The translations under genes were made by a program, and so were the position numbers. DNA of 64,000 nt from an uncultured bacterium. GTDB lineage: Bacteria; Fidelibacterota; Marinisomatia; SCGC-AAA003-L08; GCA-2689995. Below the pieces are notes generated by a model. It saw only the letters and a list, made by a program, of their open reading frames with translations. It made no database searches and was not told the DNA's origin. Below are positions 47,908 through 61,835 of the stretch, piece by piece (position 1 is the stretch's first letter; the number at the start of each line of letters is the position of its first letter). The stretch is from contig CAZGWH010000003.1 of assembly GCA_964529325.1 (NCBI GenBank), positions 5,119-69,118 on the forward strand. Direction: 5' to 3'.

Positions 47908-49560
47908 TTATTTTGTCCAAATGATAAGTTTTTGACCTTGGCGTAAAAAATCAGATCGTAATCCATTCCAATTTTTCAGCTTTCGAACAGAAGTATAATA
48001 TTTTCGTGCTATTCCACCTAATGTATCACCATATCTAACTGTATAATAAATTTTCTTTTTACCTGATTTATTAATCGATTTATTACGGAGACTTTCATAG
48101 CCTGAAATAGGGATTTGAAGTCGTTGACCAGGTTTAATATATCTTGTTTTTTGCAATCTGTTAGCATCAACAATATCTTGGATTCTTATGTTATATTTTT
48201 TTGCAATTAACCATAAACTTTCGCCTCTTCGTACACGATGTGTTTCAAAAACAACTTCATCAACTTTTTTCACCTGTAATAATGCATATAATGAATCAAA
48301 TTGGCTATTTGAATTTAAAGGTAATCGAAGAGGATAAAACTTATTTTTTTCAATTGGCGGTATTATATTTCTTCTTAACTCCGGATTATATAATGATAAA
48401 ATATTTTCGGTTGTTCCTGCACAAACGGCCAAATCTTTTAATAATACAGATTTATTAACATTTTTTATTTCCCATTCAATTTTAGGTTCTGGATTCACTC
48501 TAAAACCATATTTGGCAGGATCTTTTGCAACAAAAATAGCTGCCATTATATTAGGGACATAATTTCTAGTTTCTGCAGGAAGCGATGTTAGTTTCCAATA
48601 ATCTCTCGTTCCATGTCGTTTTATAACTCTCCTTACTCGCCCTTCTCCGCAATTATATGCTGCAAAAGCAAGATACCAATCATCAAATTCATCGTGAAGA
48701 TCTTTTAAATAATTTGCGGCAGCATGAGTAGATTTTTCAAAATCACTTCTCTCATCAACATACCAATTCTTTTTAAGTCCATAAGCCTTACCTGTTGAGG
48801 CAATAAATTGCCAAAACCCCGCTGCATTTGCATAAGACATTGCAATTGGATTTAACCCACTCTCAATCATTGCAACATAAAATAATTCAGAAGGTACTCC
48901 TTCTTCTTCAAGAATTGGAAGCATTATCTCTTTATACCTATCTGATCTATCTAGCCATTTTTGAACAGATTTTTTTCCTTGATGAGTAAAAAATTTAATA
49001 ATACTTGCTACTTTACGATTATATGTAATTGGTACATGGTTAGGTATTACCTCAATTGTTTCTTCAACATATTCTAAATCTTCAAGTGTTTGTGAATAAA
49101 CAAAATCATTGAGTCGATCTCTTAAAACTGCGACAGAAAGACCCGATTCAGTCTTATCAATACTTTGACTCTGTTGTTCATAATACTTTATAGCTGCAGT
49201 TAGAAGTGTATTAAATTCTAAATTTTGAAATTCATCCTCTAAGCTTAACATTTCTAAGTCAGAAAGAAGTTTAAATAATAATTCAAATTGATACCCAGCA
49301 TTCATTGTATCACTCGTAAGGTCCGCAATAATTGCTTCAGAGAACATTTCTTTTGCATCTGAAATTCTCAAATCAAATAATTCATCATCAATAAATAATG
49401 AATCCATACTTATTTCAAGCTGAGTATTATATGCTGGCTTATCCGTTGTTTGAATTATAGTTGTATCTATTCTCAATTGATTTGAGTAAACTAAACTCGT
49501 ATCAGGAATACAAAGTGCAAAAGAGAGTAGTAAAATATATAAAATTGCAGAGATTTTCAA
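47908..49560 (-). CDS. Membrane-bound lytic murein transglycosylase with two LysM domains (MltD-like)
   Basis: SLT motif ESGLNP...AAGFWQF and two LysM repeats (HRVRRGESLWLIAKKY, YTVRYGDTLGGIARKY). Confidence 0.85.
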   Translation of the reverse strand: MKISAILYILLLSFALCIPDTSLVYSNQLRIDTTIIQTTDKPAYNTQLEISMDSLFIDDELFDLRISDAKEMFSEAIIADLTSDTMNAGYQFELLFKLLSDLEMLSLEDEFQNLEFNTLLTAAIKYYEQQSQSIDKTESGLSVAVLRDRLNDFVYSQTLEDLEYVEETIEVIPNHVPITYNRKVASIIKFFTHQGKKSVQKWLDRSDRYKEIMLPILEEEGVPSELFYVAMIESGLNPIAMSYANAAGFWQFIASTGKAYGLKKNWYVDERSDFEKSTHAAANYLKDLHDEFDDWYLAFAAYNCGEGRVRRVIKRHGTRDYWKLTSLPAETRNYVPNIMAAIFVAKDPAKYGFRVNPEPKIEWEIKNVNKSVLLKDLAVCAGTTENILSLYNPELRRNIIPPIEKNKFYPLRLPLNSNSQFDSLYALLQVKKVDEVVFETHRVRRGESLWLIAKKYNIRIQDIVDANRLQKTRYIKPGQRLQIPISGYESLRNKSINKSGKKKIYYTVRYGDTLGGIARKYYTSVRKLKNWNGLRSDFLRQGQKLIIWTK

Positions 49561-49598
49561 GCCTTAAAATTAAGAAGTATAAAACACATAGAACAACA

Positions 49599-50669
49599 CT
49601 AGGAATTAATAAATAATGGACAATCTTCACATAAATTTGAAGAACAATAAGATTTTTCTAAAAATATAATTCCTTGAGTTAATGCAATATTTAAACGAAC
49701 ATCAATATTCCATTTTTTTAATATTTTGTCTATTTTTCCATAATGAGGTGAGTTTATTTTTTTCCATTGAAAAAATAGATTTTTATTATATTTACTCATA
49801 ATATATGGTAAAATAACATTTATATAAATTTCGATGTTAAATTGTTGCCTTGCTAATTTAAAAGAATTTTTATTTTTTAAAAATTTGAAGAATTGAGAAA
49901 TATTTATTTCATTTATGTTATTTAACAAATTTAAATAATCAATTGCATAAACTATATTTGGAATTCTATTTAACTGAAAAATATTAGGTGATCGACCTCC
50001 CTGCCAATTAATAGAATGTACCATATTTTTTAAGTTTATTATTATTCTTTCATTGGATATTTTTTTTGATTTTAAATTAATATATTTATTTGTAATAATT
50101 TCAATATCATCTAATTGTCGGTTAAAATGTAAAAATGAAAATATCTTAAATATCATTTCCTTATTATTATACGATTTAAATTTATCAACCTTTAGATTAA
50201 ATCTAATCTCTGCTAAATCATATAATATATTTTTTAACTGATTAATTTTAATTTTTATATCTATACATGGTGATTTTGTTATTGGAGTTATTTGATCCAT
50301 ATTGAAATATCCTTCAAATAATGCCGAAGATGTATTATTATGTAATGATAAGGAAATATGTAATAAAATATTATTATAATTGGGATTTAAATGATGCTTA
50401 TGTTTTTTCCAGTCATTTCCATTTACATGAATTTCAATGGCTCCTTTTAATTTTTCTCCATTTGGTAAACAAATAATCGAATTTAAAAAATCAGGGCCTG
50501 CAGATTTGTTCTGCTCCCCAGGAAATAGAATAGTTATTTCTCCTAAATTAGTTGTAATTAATTTAGAGGACATTGATTTCCATTGATTTTGAATAAAACT
50601 TTCAGGTATATTAGCATACTTAAATCCTGAATCATAGACAAAATTATTTACATTTAATAAATTATACAT
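49599..50669 (-). CDS. DUF2851 family protein
   Basis: AGPDF....GAIEIHVNGNDWKKHKHH..NYNNILLH matches the pattern I recall for DUF2851. Confidence 0.65.
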   Translation of the reverse strand: MYNLLNVNNFVYDSGFKYANIPESFIQNQWKSMSSKLITTNLGEITILFPGEQNKSAGPDFLNSIICLPNGEKLKGAIEIHVNGNDWKKHKHHLNPNYNNILLHISLSLHNNTSSALFEGYFNMDQITPITKSPCIDIKIKINQLKNILYDLAEIRFNLKVDKFKSYNNKEMIFKIFSFLHFNRQLDDIEIITNKYINLKSKKISNERIIINLKNMVHSINWQGGRSPNIFQLNRIPNIVYAIDYLNLLNNINEINISQFFKFLKNKNSFKLARQQFNIEIYINVILPYIMSKYNKNLFFQWKKINSPHYGKIDKILKKWNIDVRLNIALTQGIIFLEKSYCSSNLCEDCPLFINS

Positions 50670-50684
50670 CTATAGTAATATAAT

Positions 50685-51401
50685 CTATTTTAAGTCTTTA
50701 AAAATAATATTATATGTTAATTTAGCTAATCGTTCTTTATCATTATCAGGATTAAGATCTTTGGTTTCTATCGGTTCATGAATAATTAATTTTATATCAC
50801 TTTTTTTATTTAGTATTAATTTTGCTTTTGGAAGATTCAAACCTGTATTTAATATTGTTATAGGTACAATTGGCAAACCCGATTGAATAGCTAATATAAA
50901 ACTACCTTTTTTAAATGGAAGTAATTTTCTAGGGTTAGATCGTGTTCCTTCTGGATACACAAGCACATTAATATTTTTATCTTTCAATGATGCTAATGCA
51001 TGTTTAACAGATTTTTTAGCTTTATCTTTATTTTGCCTGTCGACACGAATCATACCCGCTGAATACATTGCCCATCCAAATAATGGAATCGGAAATAATT
51101 CTTTTTTTGTTAAAAATATTATATTAAAAGGAATTTGACTTAAAACAACAGGTATATCAAGTAAGCTTTCGTGATTTGCAATAAAAATATATTGTTTTTT
51201 TTGTGTTAAATAATTTAGTCCTTCTATAGAAATATTTATACCACTTGATTTACACATCCACTGACCCCATAGACGAACAAAAATTCCCGTAATATTTTTC
51301 TTTTTATCAAAAAGTCCTATGAATAATATAATTATTCCAATAATTAATATAGAAATAAAACCATTTAAATATAGCCAGCCAGAACGAAGGATTTGTAACA
51401 A
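50685..51401 (-). CDS. plsC: 1-acyl-sn-glycerol-3-phosphate acyltransferase
   Basis: NHESLLD and PEGTRS motifs. Confidence 0.85.
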   Translation of the reverse strand: MLQILRSGWLYLNGFISILIIGIIILFIGLFDKKKNITGIFVRLWGQWMCKSSGINISIEGLNYLTQKKQYIFIANHESLLDIPVVLSQIPFNIIFLTKKELFPIPLFGWAMYSAGMIRVDRQNKDKAKKSVKHALASLKDKNINVLVYPEGTRSNPRKLLPFKKGSFILAIQSGLPIVPITILNTGLNLPKAKLILNKKSDIKLIIHEPIETKDLNPDNDKERLAKLTYNIIFKDLK

Positions 51402-51406
51402 TGAAT

Positions 51407-52672
51407 TTATAACTGTGTCATATTTAAATATCGATGAAGAACTTTAGGAATAGTAATTGTTCCATCTTCATTTTGATTATTTTCTAATAAAGCAGCGACA
51501 AGCCTTGGAGTTGCAACACCAGAACCATTTATTGTATGAACATATTCTAATTTACCTGTTTCATTTCTTCTAAATCTAATATTACCTCTTCTTGCTTGGA
51601 ACGATTCAAAATTACTGCAACTAGAAACTTCTAACCACTTATTTGTACCTGATGCCCAAATTTCAATATCATAACATTTTGCAGCAGAAAAACTTAAATC
51701 CCCAGAGCATAAGGTTACAATTCGATATGGAATATTTAATAATTGAAGAACTTTTTCTGCATTTTGTAATAATTTTTCTAATTCATTATATGATTCATTA
51801 GGTTTTGCAAACTTAACTAATTCAACTTTATTAAATTGGTGAACTCTTAATAAGCCTCGTGTATCTTTCCCATAACTTCCCGCTTCTCTTCTAAAACATG
51901 CACTATAGGCGACATATTTTTTTGTTAATTCATCTTCTTTTAGTATTTCATCTTTATGAATATTTGTAACTGGTACTTCGGCAGTAGAAATACAAAACAA
52001 ATCATCAGATGGAATATAATACATATCTTCTTCAAATTTTGGAAGCTGGCCCGTGGTTTGTGTAGCCTCTCTATTTGTTAGAAAAGGTGGAAATAGTTCG
52101 GTATAGCCATGTTCGTCTGAATGTAAATCAAGCATAAATTGAATAATACCTCGCTCTAATTTTGCTCCTTTTCCGATGTATAATGGAAATCCTGTTCCTG
52201 ACATTTTAGATGCTCTTTTAAAATCAAATAAATTTAAGTTTTCACCTAACTCCAAATGATCCTTAGGTTTAAAATTAAATTTAGGAATTTCACCCCACTC
52301 TTTAATTAGTAAATTATCATTTTCAGTATTTCCAATTGGAACACTATCATGAAATAGATTAGGTATATAAAGTAATAAATTATCTAATTTATTATTTATT
52401 TCTTTTAACTGAACATCTAATTCTTTTATCTCTTTTGATGTATTTTTCATATTTATTAATACTTCAGATACATCCTTACCTTCTTTTTTAAATTGCCCAA
52501 TTTTTTTTGAAAAGGAATTTCTATCAGATTTTAAATTTTCAACGGTACTAATTAATTGCCTACGATTCAAATCTAAATTTATTATAATATCAAAATCTAT
52601 TTCATTGTTTTTAGATTTTGTTTTAGACTTAACTAATTCAATATTTTCTCTTATAAACTTTAATGGTAACAC
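51407..52672 (-). CDS. serS: Serine--tRNA ligase
   Basis: N-terminal coiled coil plus class II motifs (FRREAGS, GSGVATPR). Confidence 0.97.
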   Translation of the reverse strand: MLPLKFIRENIELVKSKTKSKNNEIDFDIIINLDLNRRQLISTVENLKSDRNSFSKKIGQFKKEGKDVSEVLINMKNTSKEIKELDVQLKEINNKLDNLLLYIPNLFHDSVPIGNTENDNLLIKEWGEIPKFNFKPKDHLELGENLNLFDFKRASKMSGTGFPLYIGKGAKLERGIIQFMLDLHSDEHGYTELFPPFLTNREATQTTGQLPKFEEDMYYIPSDDLFCISTAEVPVTNIHKDEILKEDELTKKYVAYSACFRREAGSYGKDTRGLLRVHQFNKVELVKFAKPNESYNELEKLLQNAEKVLQLLNIPYRIVTLCSGDLSFSAAKCYDIEIWASGTNKWLEVSSCSNFESFQARRGNIRFRRNETGKLEYVHTINGSGVATPRLVAALLENNQNEDGTITIPKVLHRYLNMTQL

Positions 52673-52684
52673 TTTTTCTCCAAA

Positions 52685-54208
52685 CTAATATGAAATATTA
52701 TATTTAAATTTAATTGTAGTATCTAAATATGCTAACTTTTTATTTTCAAAATCATTCAATTGAAATTTTGAAAAATTTAAATCTATTTTTATAATATCAC
52801 TTATATTATATTCACAAACAATTGATATTTTCTTTTTATTATAATTTGAATAATCTAAAAATTTACGACCAATTTCATATTTTGGTTCACCAAAAATTGA
52901 ATATTCAAATTCTGCACGAGGTGAAAATTTACTTTCATTAATCCATGTCATTACAACCCAAAAATCAAATGAATCACCTTTTGACCAATATCCTAAAGGA
53001 TACCCTTGATTATAATTTTCATTAATTGGAAATTTATGTTCATAGATCTGTGGAGCTATTATTGCATTTTCAAATCTAATATAAAATAATTCATTTTTAA
53101 TAGTAAGTAATTGAGTATGCCCTATTTGAAAAGCAATCCAATTATGATGATTAGTTTTATCAAAAGTATCAAATGGTGCCCATTCATCAACATAAAATGC
53201 GAAATTTGTTCGCCCTTTTTGATGTAACCAATCTATATCTAACCCCATCTGTAAATTATCAACATCACCTAATGCATGTTGTGCTGACCAATAAGGCATA
53301 ATTGGAATTAAATACTGCCAAGGTAAATTTCTTGCACCATAAACAATTTGTTCGAATAATCCAAATCTAATATTTTCCGATAGGAAAAAATCAAATCGAT
53401 GCTGAATAATTCCTCGCTTTATCCATGGGTATCGACCATTTGATGAGCTATTATTATATGCAATAGATAAATTTGAATCTGGTATTTCAGAAATTAATTC
53501 ACCAATTACCCATGTAAATTCAAAAAAATCATTTTCTTTATAACTTATTTTAAATTGAGGATAGGTTGGTGATTTTAATGATAAACTTAAATTTCCTCTT
53601 AAAAATGGGCCTAATGAAGATTTGAATTTTCCAAAATAAACTTCAAATTTATTACTAAAAAGCGCAACACCTCCTTGGCCTTCATCAAAATCGATTCCCC
53701 ATTCAGGTTCTTTCGTTTTTGTAAAATATTCCATTGAATATTCAGGATGAAATTCAAATGGTTTTAAACCATCTAATTCAAAACTACTTTTATCAATAAA
53801 ATATGCTGAATGTTTATAAAAACTACCCCATGCTTGAAAAAGAACTCCCGAATAGGGTGATATTATAGGTATTATCATATTTAAATTAATTCCAGGAGTA
53901 ATCCAAATAGTCGGAGATATTTTTTGGCTCATTTCAAATCCAGAAGTTGAATATCTTAATCCTAAAATTGGATACAACTGTAATTTATTATTAAAATAGT
54001 TTAGCACATTAATAGGTTCTTCCGTTGGTTTTAATTTCCTAAAAGGATACCTATAAAGATTTGGTGAAATTTCATACTTTAAAATAGAATTCACTTCATT
54101 TTTAATTTTAGAATTAATAGATATATTATTTGAAATACCTTGAGTGAAAATAAAAGTACAACAAAATAATGTAGTTAAAATTATATATTTCGAATAATTA
54201 ATGTGCAT
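52685..54208 (-). CDS. Outer-membrane beta-barrel protein (possibly capsule-assembly Wzi-like)
   Basis: Signal peptide, alternating aromatic beta-strand pattern and a C-terminal ...FKYNISY. The Wzi idea comes from context only. Confidence 0.4.
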   Translation of the reverse strand: MHINYSKYIILTTLFCCTFIFTQGISNNISINSKIKNEVNSILKYEISPNLYRYPFRKLKPTEEPINVLNYFNNKLQLYPILGLRYSTSGFEMSQKISPTIWITPGINLNMIIPIISPYSGVLFQAWGSFYKHSAYFIDKSSFELDGLKPFEFHPEYSMEYFTKTKEPEWGIDFDEGQGGVALFSNKFEVYFGKFKSSLGPFLRGNLSLSLKSPTYPQFKISYKENDFFEFTWVIGELISEIPDSNLSIAYNNSSSNGRYPWIKRGIIQHRFDFFLSENIRFGLFEQIVYGARNLPWQYLIPIMPYWSAQHALGDVDNLQMGLDIDWLHQKGRTNFAFYVDEWAPFDTFDKTNHHNWIAFQIGHTQLLTIKNELFYIRFENAIIAPQIYEHKFPINENYNQGYPLGYWSKGDSFDFWVVMTWINESKFSPRAEFEYSIFGEPKYEIGRKFLDYSNYNKKKISIVCEYNISDIIKIDLNFSKFQLNDFENKKLAYLDTTIKFKYNISY

Positions 54209-55791
54209 AATGATATAAAATTAATCCAATAAATGATATTATATTTTTTTATTAATCGGCTTTGAAGTAACACTTTATAAACTAAAAATAAAAAAATTAA
54301 ATGAAAACCTGTTCTATTTAAATCATGAGAATTAGGGAAAAGAAATATTAGCGATATAAGAATAATGGTAAGATATTCTGTTGGACTATCAAATATATGA
54401 TGTGTTTTAAATAACCCTAAAATTGACATTAGTACACCTATTCCCAATAATGTCAATACTATATCTGGGTTAATTGGAAATAATTGATACGCCTCGGTTT
54501 TTGAAAAATAAAAACTTAACCATGTCAATAAAATCATTCCAATACTCACATTATTTGTTCGACCAGAATTATTATCTAAAATAAACATAAAAGCACAAAT
54601 CATAGATAGAATAATCATATAAATATGTCCCTTTTCTAAATCAATTGATGTTTTTGTTAAAATAAAATATAAAATGCATAAATTTAATAGAAAAAAGGGA
54701 ATGTAGATATGTTTCATCCATGGGATAAAATTAAATACTTTATGATAGAATTTACCTGTAAAATCTTTAATAGATTTAATATCATCTCTAAAAATTAAGT
54801 ATAAATGCTGTAATGATAATGGGATAATGACTAATAATGGAAGAAAATTACTCAGATGAAATGAAGTATTTAGACTTAAAAATAATATTGCAAAAATACC
54901 CTGAATCGAATAAAGCAAGAATACTACATTTTTATGTTGAACATTAAATCGCTGTAATATATGATGAATATGGTTTTTATCTGGCGTGAAGATATTTTGA
55001 CTATTTAGAAGTCTTTTAAAAAAAACCCAAGTTGTATCAATAAAGGGAATACCTAAAATAATAGGAATATTCAATATATTTAAATTTGTATTATTATACA
55101 TAATTAAAATAAATACTGCAATTGAGTAACCTAAAAAATAGCTTCCGCTATCCCCCATAAAAATCATGGCAGGGAAAGTATTCGCTCTTAAAAAGCCAAA
55201 GATGCAAGATATTAAGATGATTGAAACTAGGTTATGTTGAAATCCTGTATGGATGGATATAACTGTTAAAATAATAATAGAAATTCCAGATGCAAGCCCA
55301 TCCATTCCATCTATTAAATTTAATGAATTTGTAACTGCAACAATAAAAAACAATGTAATAAAAAATGAAAAGAATAAAGAGCTTTCAAACCCTGGAAGTA
55401 TAAAAGTGATTTTTGTAATAGAAATAAAAATAAAACCTGCTAAAATTTGTGTCATAAACTTAACATATGGTGATATTGGGTTTATATCATCCATAAATCC
55501 GATAAAAACTAAAAAACTACTCCCAATTAAATATGCTGGAATTAAACTATGAAAAGGAATTAATAATATTGTAGATACTAAAAAACAGAAAAAAATCAAG
55601 ATACCACCAGTGCTTGGAATTGGATTTTTATGGACTTTCCTTGAATTAGGGATATCCATTATTTTATAAAAAGTTAATATTTTTACTCCAATTGGCATCA
55701 CTATCATTGTTAATGTAAAAGGTATTAAAAAATGAAAAAAATGAAAATTCTTTTCAGAAATAATTTGTAATTGATTAATTAATAATTGCAT
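54181..55791 (-). CDS. MraY/WecA-family polyprenyl-phosphate HexNAc-1-phosphate transferase with an extra C-terminal TM region
   Basis: NSLNLIDGMDGLASG and MGDSGSYFLGY motifs. Confidence 0.8.
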   Translation of the reverse strand: MQLLINQLQIISEKNFHFFHFLIPFTLTMIVMPIGVKILTFYKIMDIPNSRKVHKNPIPSTGGILIFFCFLVSTILLIPFHSLIPAYLIGSSFLVFIGFMDDINPISPYVKFMTQILAGFIFISITKITFILPGFESSLFFSFFITLFFIVAVTNSLNLIDGMDGLASGISIIILTVISIHTGFQHNLVSIILISCIFGFLRANTFPAMIFMGDSGSYFLGYSIAVFILIMYNNTNLNILNIPIILGIPFIDTTWVFFKRLLNSQNIFTPDKNHIHHILQRFNVQHKNVVFLLYSIQGIFAILFLSLNTSFHLSNFLPLLVIIPLSLQHLYLIFRDDIKSIKDFTGKFYHKVFNFIPWMKHIYIPFFLLNLCILYFILTKTSIDLEKGHIYMIILSMICAFMFILDNNSGRTNNVSIGMILLTWLSFYFSKTEAYQLFPINPDIVLTLLGIGVLMSILGLFKTHHIFDSPTEYLTIILISLIFLFPNSHDLNRTGFHLIFLFLVYKVLLQSRLIKKYNIIYWINFISLCTLIIRNI

Positions 55792-55797
55792 TAAAAA

Positions 55798-56544
55798 TTA
55801 TATTCTATTTTTTATTCCTGTTATGAGATAAATAATAATATACTTTATTGATTGAAAAAAATTAAAATTCATAATATCTCTATATAATTTCCATTGATAA
55901 ATTGATGCATTAAATTTATTGCTTGATATTGAGTTATTCCGAACCCTATATCTTGCTAAATATTTATTAATACCATATGGTTTTATTCCATTTCTATAGA
56001 GAGTTAACCATAAACCATGATCTTGTCTTTTTTTAATTAATGGAAATTTTATTTCTCCACATTTTTCCTTATCTAGCATGACCGTTAAGCACCCAATCAC
56101 ACAATTAGAAATTAGATAATTAAAAGATGGTTCTAAATTAAATTGACGGTTTCCTTTCATTTTAGAACCATCTTCCGAGACTCTATCATATTTTGTAAAT
56201 GAAAAAGCAATATTATTTTCAATAAGATGATTCACCTGTATCATTAACTTATTTTCATCCCATAAATCATCACTATCAAGAAATGCAACAAATCTACCCT
56301 TTGAGTTTTTAATTGCTATATTTCTAGTAACAGCAGCACCATTATTTTCTTTAGCTTCTATTAAACGAATTCTCTTATCATTTATAAATTGTTTAACAAT
56401 TTTAATACTATTATCACTTGAATTATCATCAACAATAACCATTTCCCATTTCGTATATGTTTGATTAATTACAGAATAAATTGTATCCTCAATATACTTT
56501 TCAGAATTATACATAGGTGTGATTATTGAAATTAATGTATTCAT
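55798..56544 (-). CDS. Glycosyltransferase family 2
   Basis: ISIITPMYN, VDDNSSD and LDSDD motifs. Confidence 0.85.
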   Translation of the reverse strand: MNTLISIITPMYNSEKYIEDTIYSVINQTYTKWEMVIVDDNSSDNSIKIVKQFINDKRIRLIEAKENNGAAVTRNIAIKNSKGRFVAFLDSDDLWDENKLMIQVNHLIENNIAFSFTKYDRVSEDGSKMKGNRQFNLEPSFNYLISNCVIGCLTVMLDKEKCGEIKFPLIKKRQDHGLWLTLYRNGIKPYGINKYLARYRVRNNSISSNKFNASIYQWKLYRDIMNFNFFQSIKYIIIYLITGIKNRI

Positions 56545-56548
56545 AATA

Positions 56549-57622
56549 TTATGAATTATGATTAAATAATAATGAAAAAAATGTAATATCCTCTAAGGAT
56601 ATTCCCCAAAATATTGTATACTGCGGTATTGCAAATAATAATATTGGTAATATATAAATCAAGTTTTTTTTATTAATATTAATTAATAATATTATTAAGT
56701 ATAAAATAAAAATAATAATTCCATTAGTTGCCAATGTTTGGATGAACGAATTATGTGCATGGAAAATTAAGCCATTAAATTTAATTAAATATTTATATGA
56801 ATTATTTCCTAATAGTATGTTTTCTTTAATAAATTGATAATATTCACTCCATATATTTTCTCTTATTGAAAAAGTTTTAAATTTACCTTGACCACCAGTC
56901 AATTGCATTTCAATTATATCAAAGTAGTGAAAAGAAAAATAACCTGTAATAAAAATTATTGAAAAAAATATTAATATTTCAAGTTTTGTCATTTTTTTTG
57001 TAAAAAATTGAGTACAAATATATAATAAATAAAAAAATAATGTACAAATCATCGCTGTTCTATTAAATGTAAGTAATAAAGAAATAACAACCATTGGAGT
57101 CATATACTTTATTAATTTATCATTTCTAAAATAACGCCTTGATAAAATAATAAATAAAAATAACTTTGATGCTACATTACTTGAATTTCGACTTAGTCCA
57201 TATGGCCTCATTTGTAATAAATAAGTTTCATTTGCATTGATTAAATTTGATCCAAATACAGACATATCTCCAATATAAAATTCATAAATTACAAATAATG
57301 ATTCAACGAAAATAAATATTAATAATATTTTTAAATCAAATTTTGAAATATTAAAAGCAATGAGAACTGTGAAAATTAATAAAATTTGATATGGAAATGC
57401 ATCGTTTAAATTATTTATGTTTTCTGGGGAAAACATCCTATTTAGTAATGAAAATGAAATTATCAATAATACTAATATAATATTATAATAATTTATTTCT
57501 GATAATATAATTGAACCTGCGAATAATTCTTTTTTTTTAATAAAAATAAATACTATTGCAAAAACAAATGTTAAATGAGGAATAATTTCTATTGTTGGAA
57601 GGTATATTAAAAAACCAAGCAT
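56549..57622 (-). CDS. O-antigen ligase/polymerase-family (Wzy-like) membrane protein
   Basis: Polytopic, with the loop motif HAHNSFIQTLATNG. Confidence 0.65.
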   Translation of the reverse strand: MLGFLIYLPTIEIIPHLTFVFAIVFIFIKKKELFAGSIILSEINYYNIILVLLIISFSLLNRMFSPENINNLNDAFPYQILLIFTVLIAFNISKFDLKILLIFIFVESLFVIYEFYIGDMSVFGSNLINANETYLLQMRPYGLSRNSSNVASKLFLFIILSRRYFRNDKLIKYMTPMVVISLLLTFNRTAMICTLFFYLLYICTQFFTKKMTKLEILIFFSIIFITGYFSFHYFDIIEMQLTGGQGKFKTFSIRENIWSEYYQFIKENILLGNNSYKYLIKFNGLIFHAHNSFIQTLATNGIIIFILYLIILLININKKNLIYILPILLFAIPQYTIFWGISLEDITFFSLLFNHNS

Positions 57623-57627
57623 TCTAA

Positions 57628-58125
57628 TTATATTGTTTTATTTAATTTTTTTAATTTTTCATAATGATCAATATTTCTATACTTGAATATTTTTGCTGGG
57701 TTACCACCCACAATTGCATATTTAGGTACATTCTTCACAACAACAGCGCCTGCTTGGATAATTGCTCCCTCTTCAATTTCAACACCACCTAAAATCATTA
57801 CATTATCACCAAACCAAACATTTTCTTTAATAAAAATATTTTTATTATTTTTTTTGTTCGAATCATAGGGGATAGAATTGCCATCATCATATTTATGAAA
57901 AGAGTTAATCATTATACAATTTTTCCCCGAATGAAAATTATCACTAATTTCTACATATCCATTCCCTTTAATAATCATACCATTAAAATTAGTATTAATA
58001 CCTAGATGAGTATTTTTAGTAAATCTAGAATAGAAATTTACTTTGGGTATAGTTTTATATGAACCAATTCTTATAATTGAAATGATTGTATAAATAAGTC
58101 TTAATAAATATTTAATAATTTTCAT
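57628..58125 (-). CDS. Hexapeptide-repeat (LbH) O-acetyltransferase
   Basis: [43 protein letters not shown]. Confidence 0.85.
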   Translation of the reverse strand: MKIIKYLLRLIYTIISIIRIGSYKTIPKVNFYSRFTKNTHLGINTNFNGMIIKGNGYVEISDNFHSGKNCIMINSFHKYDDGNSIPYDSNKKNNKNIFIKENVWFGDNVMILGGVEIEEGAIIQAGAVVVKNVPKYAIVGGNPAKIFKYRNIDHYEKLKKLNKTI

Positions 58126-59344
58126 TTTCCAACAAAAAATAAGTTGAGATAAATATTATAATAAGAAATAGTCCCCATGTAATAAATGTTGCCATCGCAA
58201 CCCCTTTTACTCCATATGCTTGAATAAGTATATAATTCAAAAATATATTAATTAGAGCACAAGAACAGGTGATAATTGCTAAATATGTTGTTTTTTTTAA
58301 ATAAAAAATGAAATTAGTTATTAAAAAATATATAGATTGAAATAAAAACCCAAACAAAAGTAATAAAAAATAATCTTTTGAAATATAAAATTTTTCATTA
58401 ACAAACAAATTGAATATAAAATTTCTGAAAATTAAAATTAAAAAAAATGTGGTAATTAAAAATATTGATAAATAAATAATATATTTTATTATTATTTTAA
58501 TTTCTGTTTTAGTTTTTAGTAACTTATAAAAAATCGGAACCCAGCCTTGATTAAGAGACATGCCAATTAATAACATTATTGATGAGACCTGATATGCAAC
58601 AGAATATATTCCAACTTCATTATATGAATAATAATATGATATAAAAAAGCGATCAGACAATGCTATAATTGTCCCCCCTACAGCATGAGGGATTAATGGA
58701 ATTCCAAATTTTAAAATATTTTTCGTATATTTAAAAACAGGGAAAGTTAAATAGTCAAATTTATACAAATAAATTAGAGCAATTATTGAAGTTACAAAAA
58801 AAGATAGATATATTCCTCCTAATCTTCCCCAATAATTTTGATTGTAAATGACTACTAAAGCATAAGTCAATAAAAAGTCTAATAATGATTGTATTATTGT
58901 AAAAAATGCATATTTTTTTGGATTTTGAGATATTTGAAAAATTCCCAACACAACTTGTGAATTAACTCTTAAAAAAGAAAAAATTGGTAAAAATATAATT
59001 ATATTTCGAGGAATTCCTGAAATTTCCTCAATATCACTTGAAAATAAAAAAAATATTACTGATATAGAAATAAAAACTATAAATGTTAAAAATAGTGAAT
59101 TTGTTATAAAATATTTTAGTTCTTTTAAATTTAAATTAAAATATTCTACATTAATTGCTCCTTTAATATTGAGTGATATTATAGGAAATAAAAATAATAT
59201 CGCAACTTCAATCAATGATAAAATACCAAATTCTGTTTGTGATAAATAAGTAGTTAATATCGGTAAAAGTAAAAAAGGGATAAATGACTTTATTACATTT
59301 GTCGAACCATATATAATCAAATTATTTGTAATTAATTTTAACAT
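58112..59344 (-). CDS. Wzx-type oligosaccharide flippase
   Basis: About 12 TM helices; a MOP-like protein in a polysaccharide locus. Confidence 0.7.
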   Translation of the reverse strand: MLKLITNNLIIYGSTNVIKSFIPFLLLPILTTYLSQTEFGILSLIEVAILFLFPIISLNIKGAINVEYFNLNLKELKYFITNSLFLTFIVFISISVIFFLFSSDIEEISGIPRNIIIFLPIFSFLRVNSQVVLGIFQISQNPKKYAFFTIIQSLLDFLLTYALVVIYNQNYWGRLGGIYLSFFVTSIIALIYLYKFDYLTFPVFKYTKNILKFGIPLIPHAVGGTIIALSDRFFISYYYSYNEVGIYSVAYQVSSIMLLIGMSLNQGWVPIFYKLLKTKTEIKIIIKYIIYLSIFLITTFFLILIFRNFIFNLFVNEKFYISKDYFLLLLFGFLFQSIYFLITNFIFYLKKTTYLAIITCSCALINIFLNYILIQAYGVKGVAMATFITWGLFLIIIFISTYFLLENENY

Positions 59345-59347
59345 TTA

Positions 59348-61824
<2,477 letters not shown>

Positions 61825-61835
<11 letters not shown>

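Noticed and set aside
47904-47966. N-terminal extensions implied by the ORF track for sppA (47966), the cytidylyltransferase (62661) and the FGase-like gene (16611).
   Set aside because: Each extension overlaps the upstream gene by 55-70 nt and encodes non-signal-like, non-conserved sequence. Internal starts give canonical N-termini placed just after the upstream stop: ATG 47903, TTG 62577 and TTG 16677.
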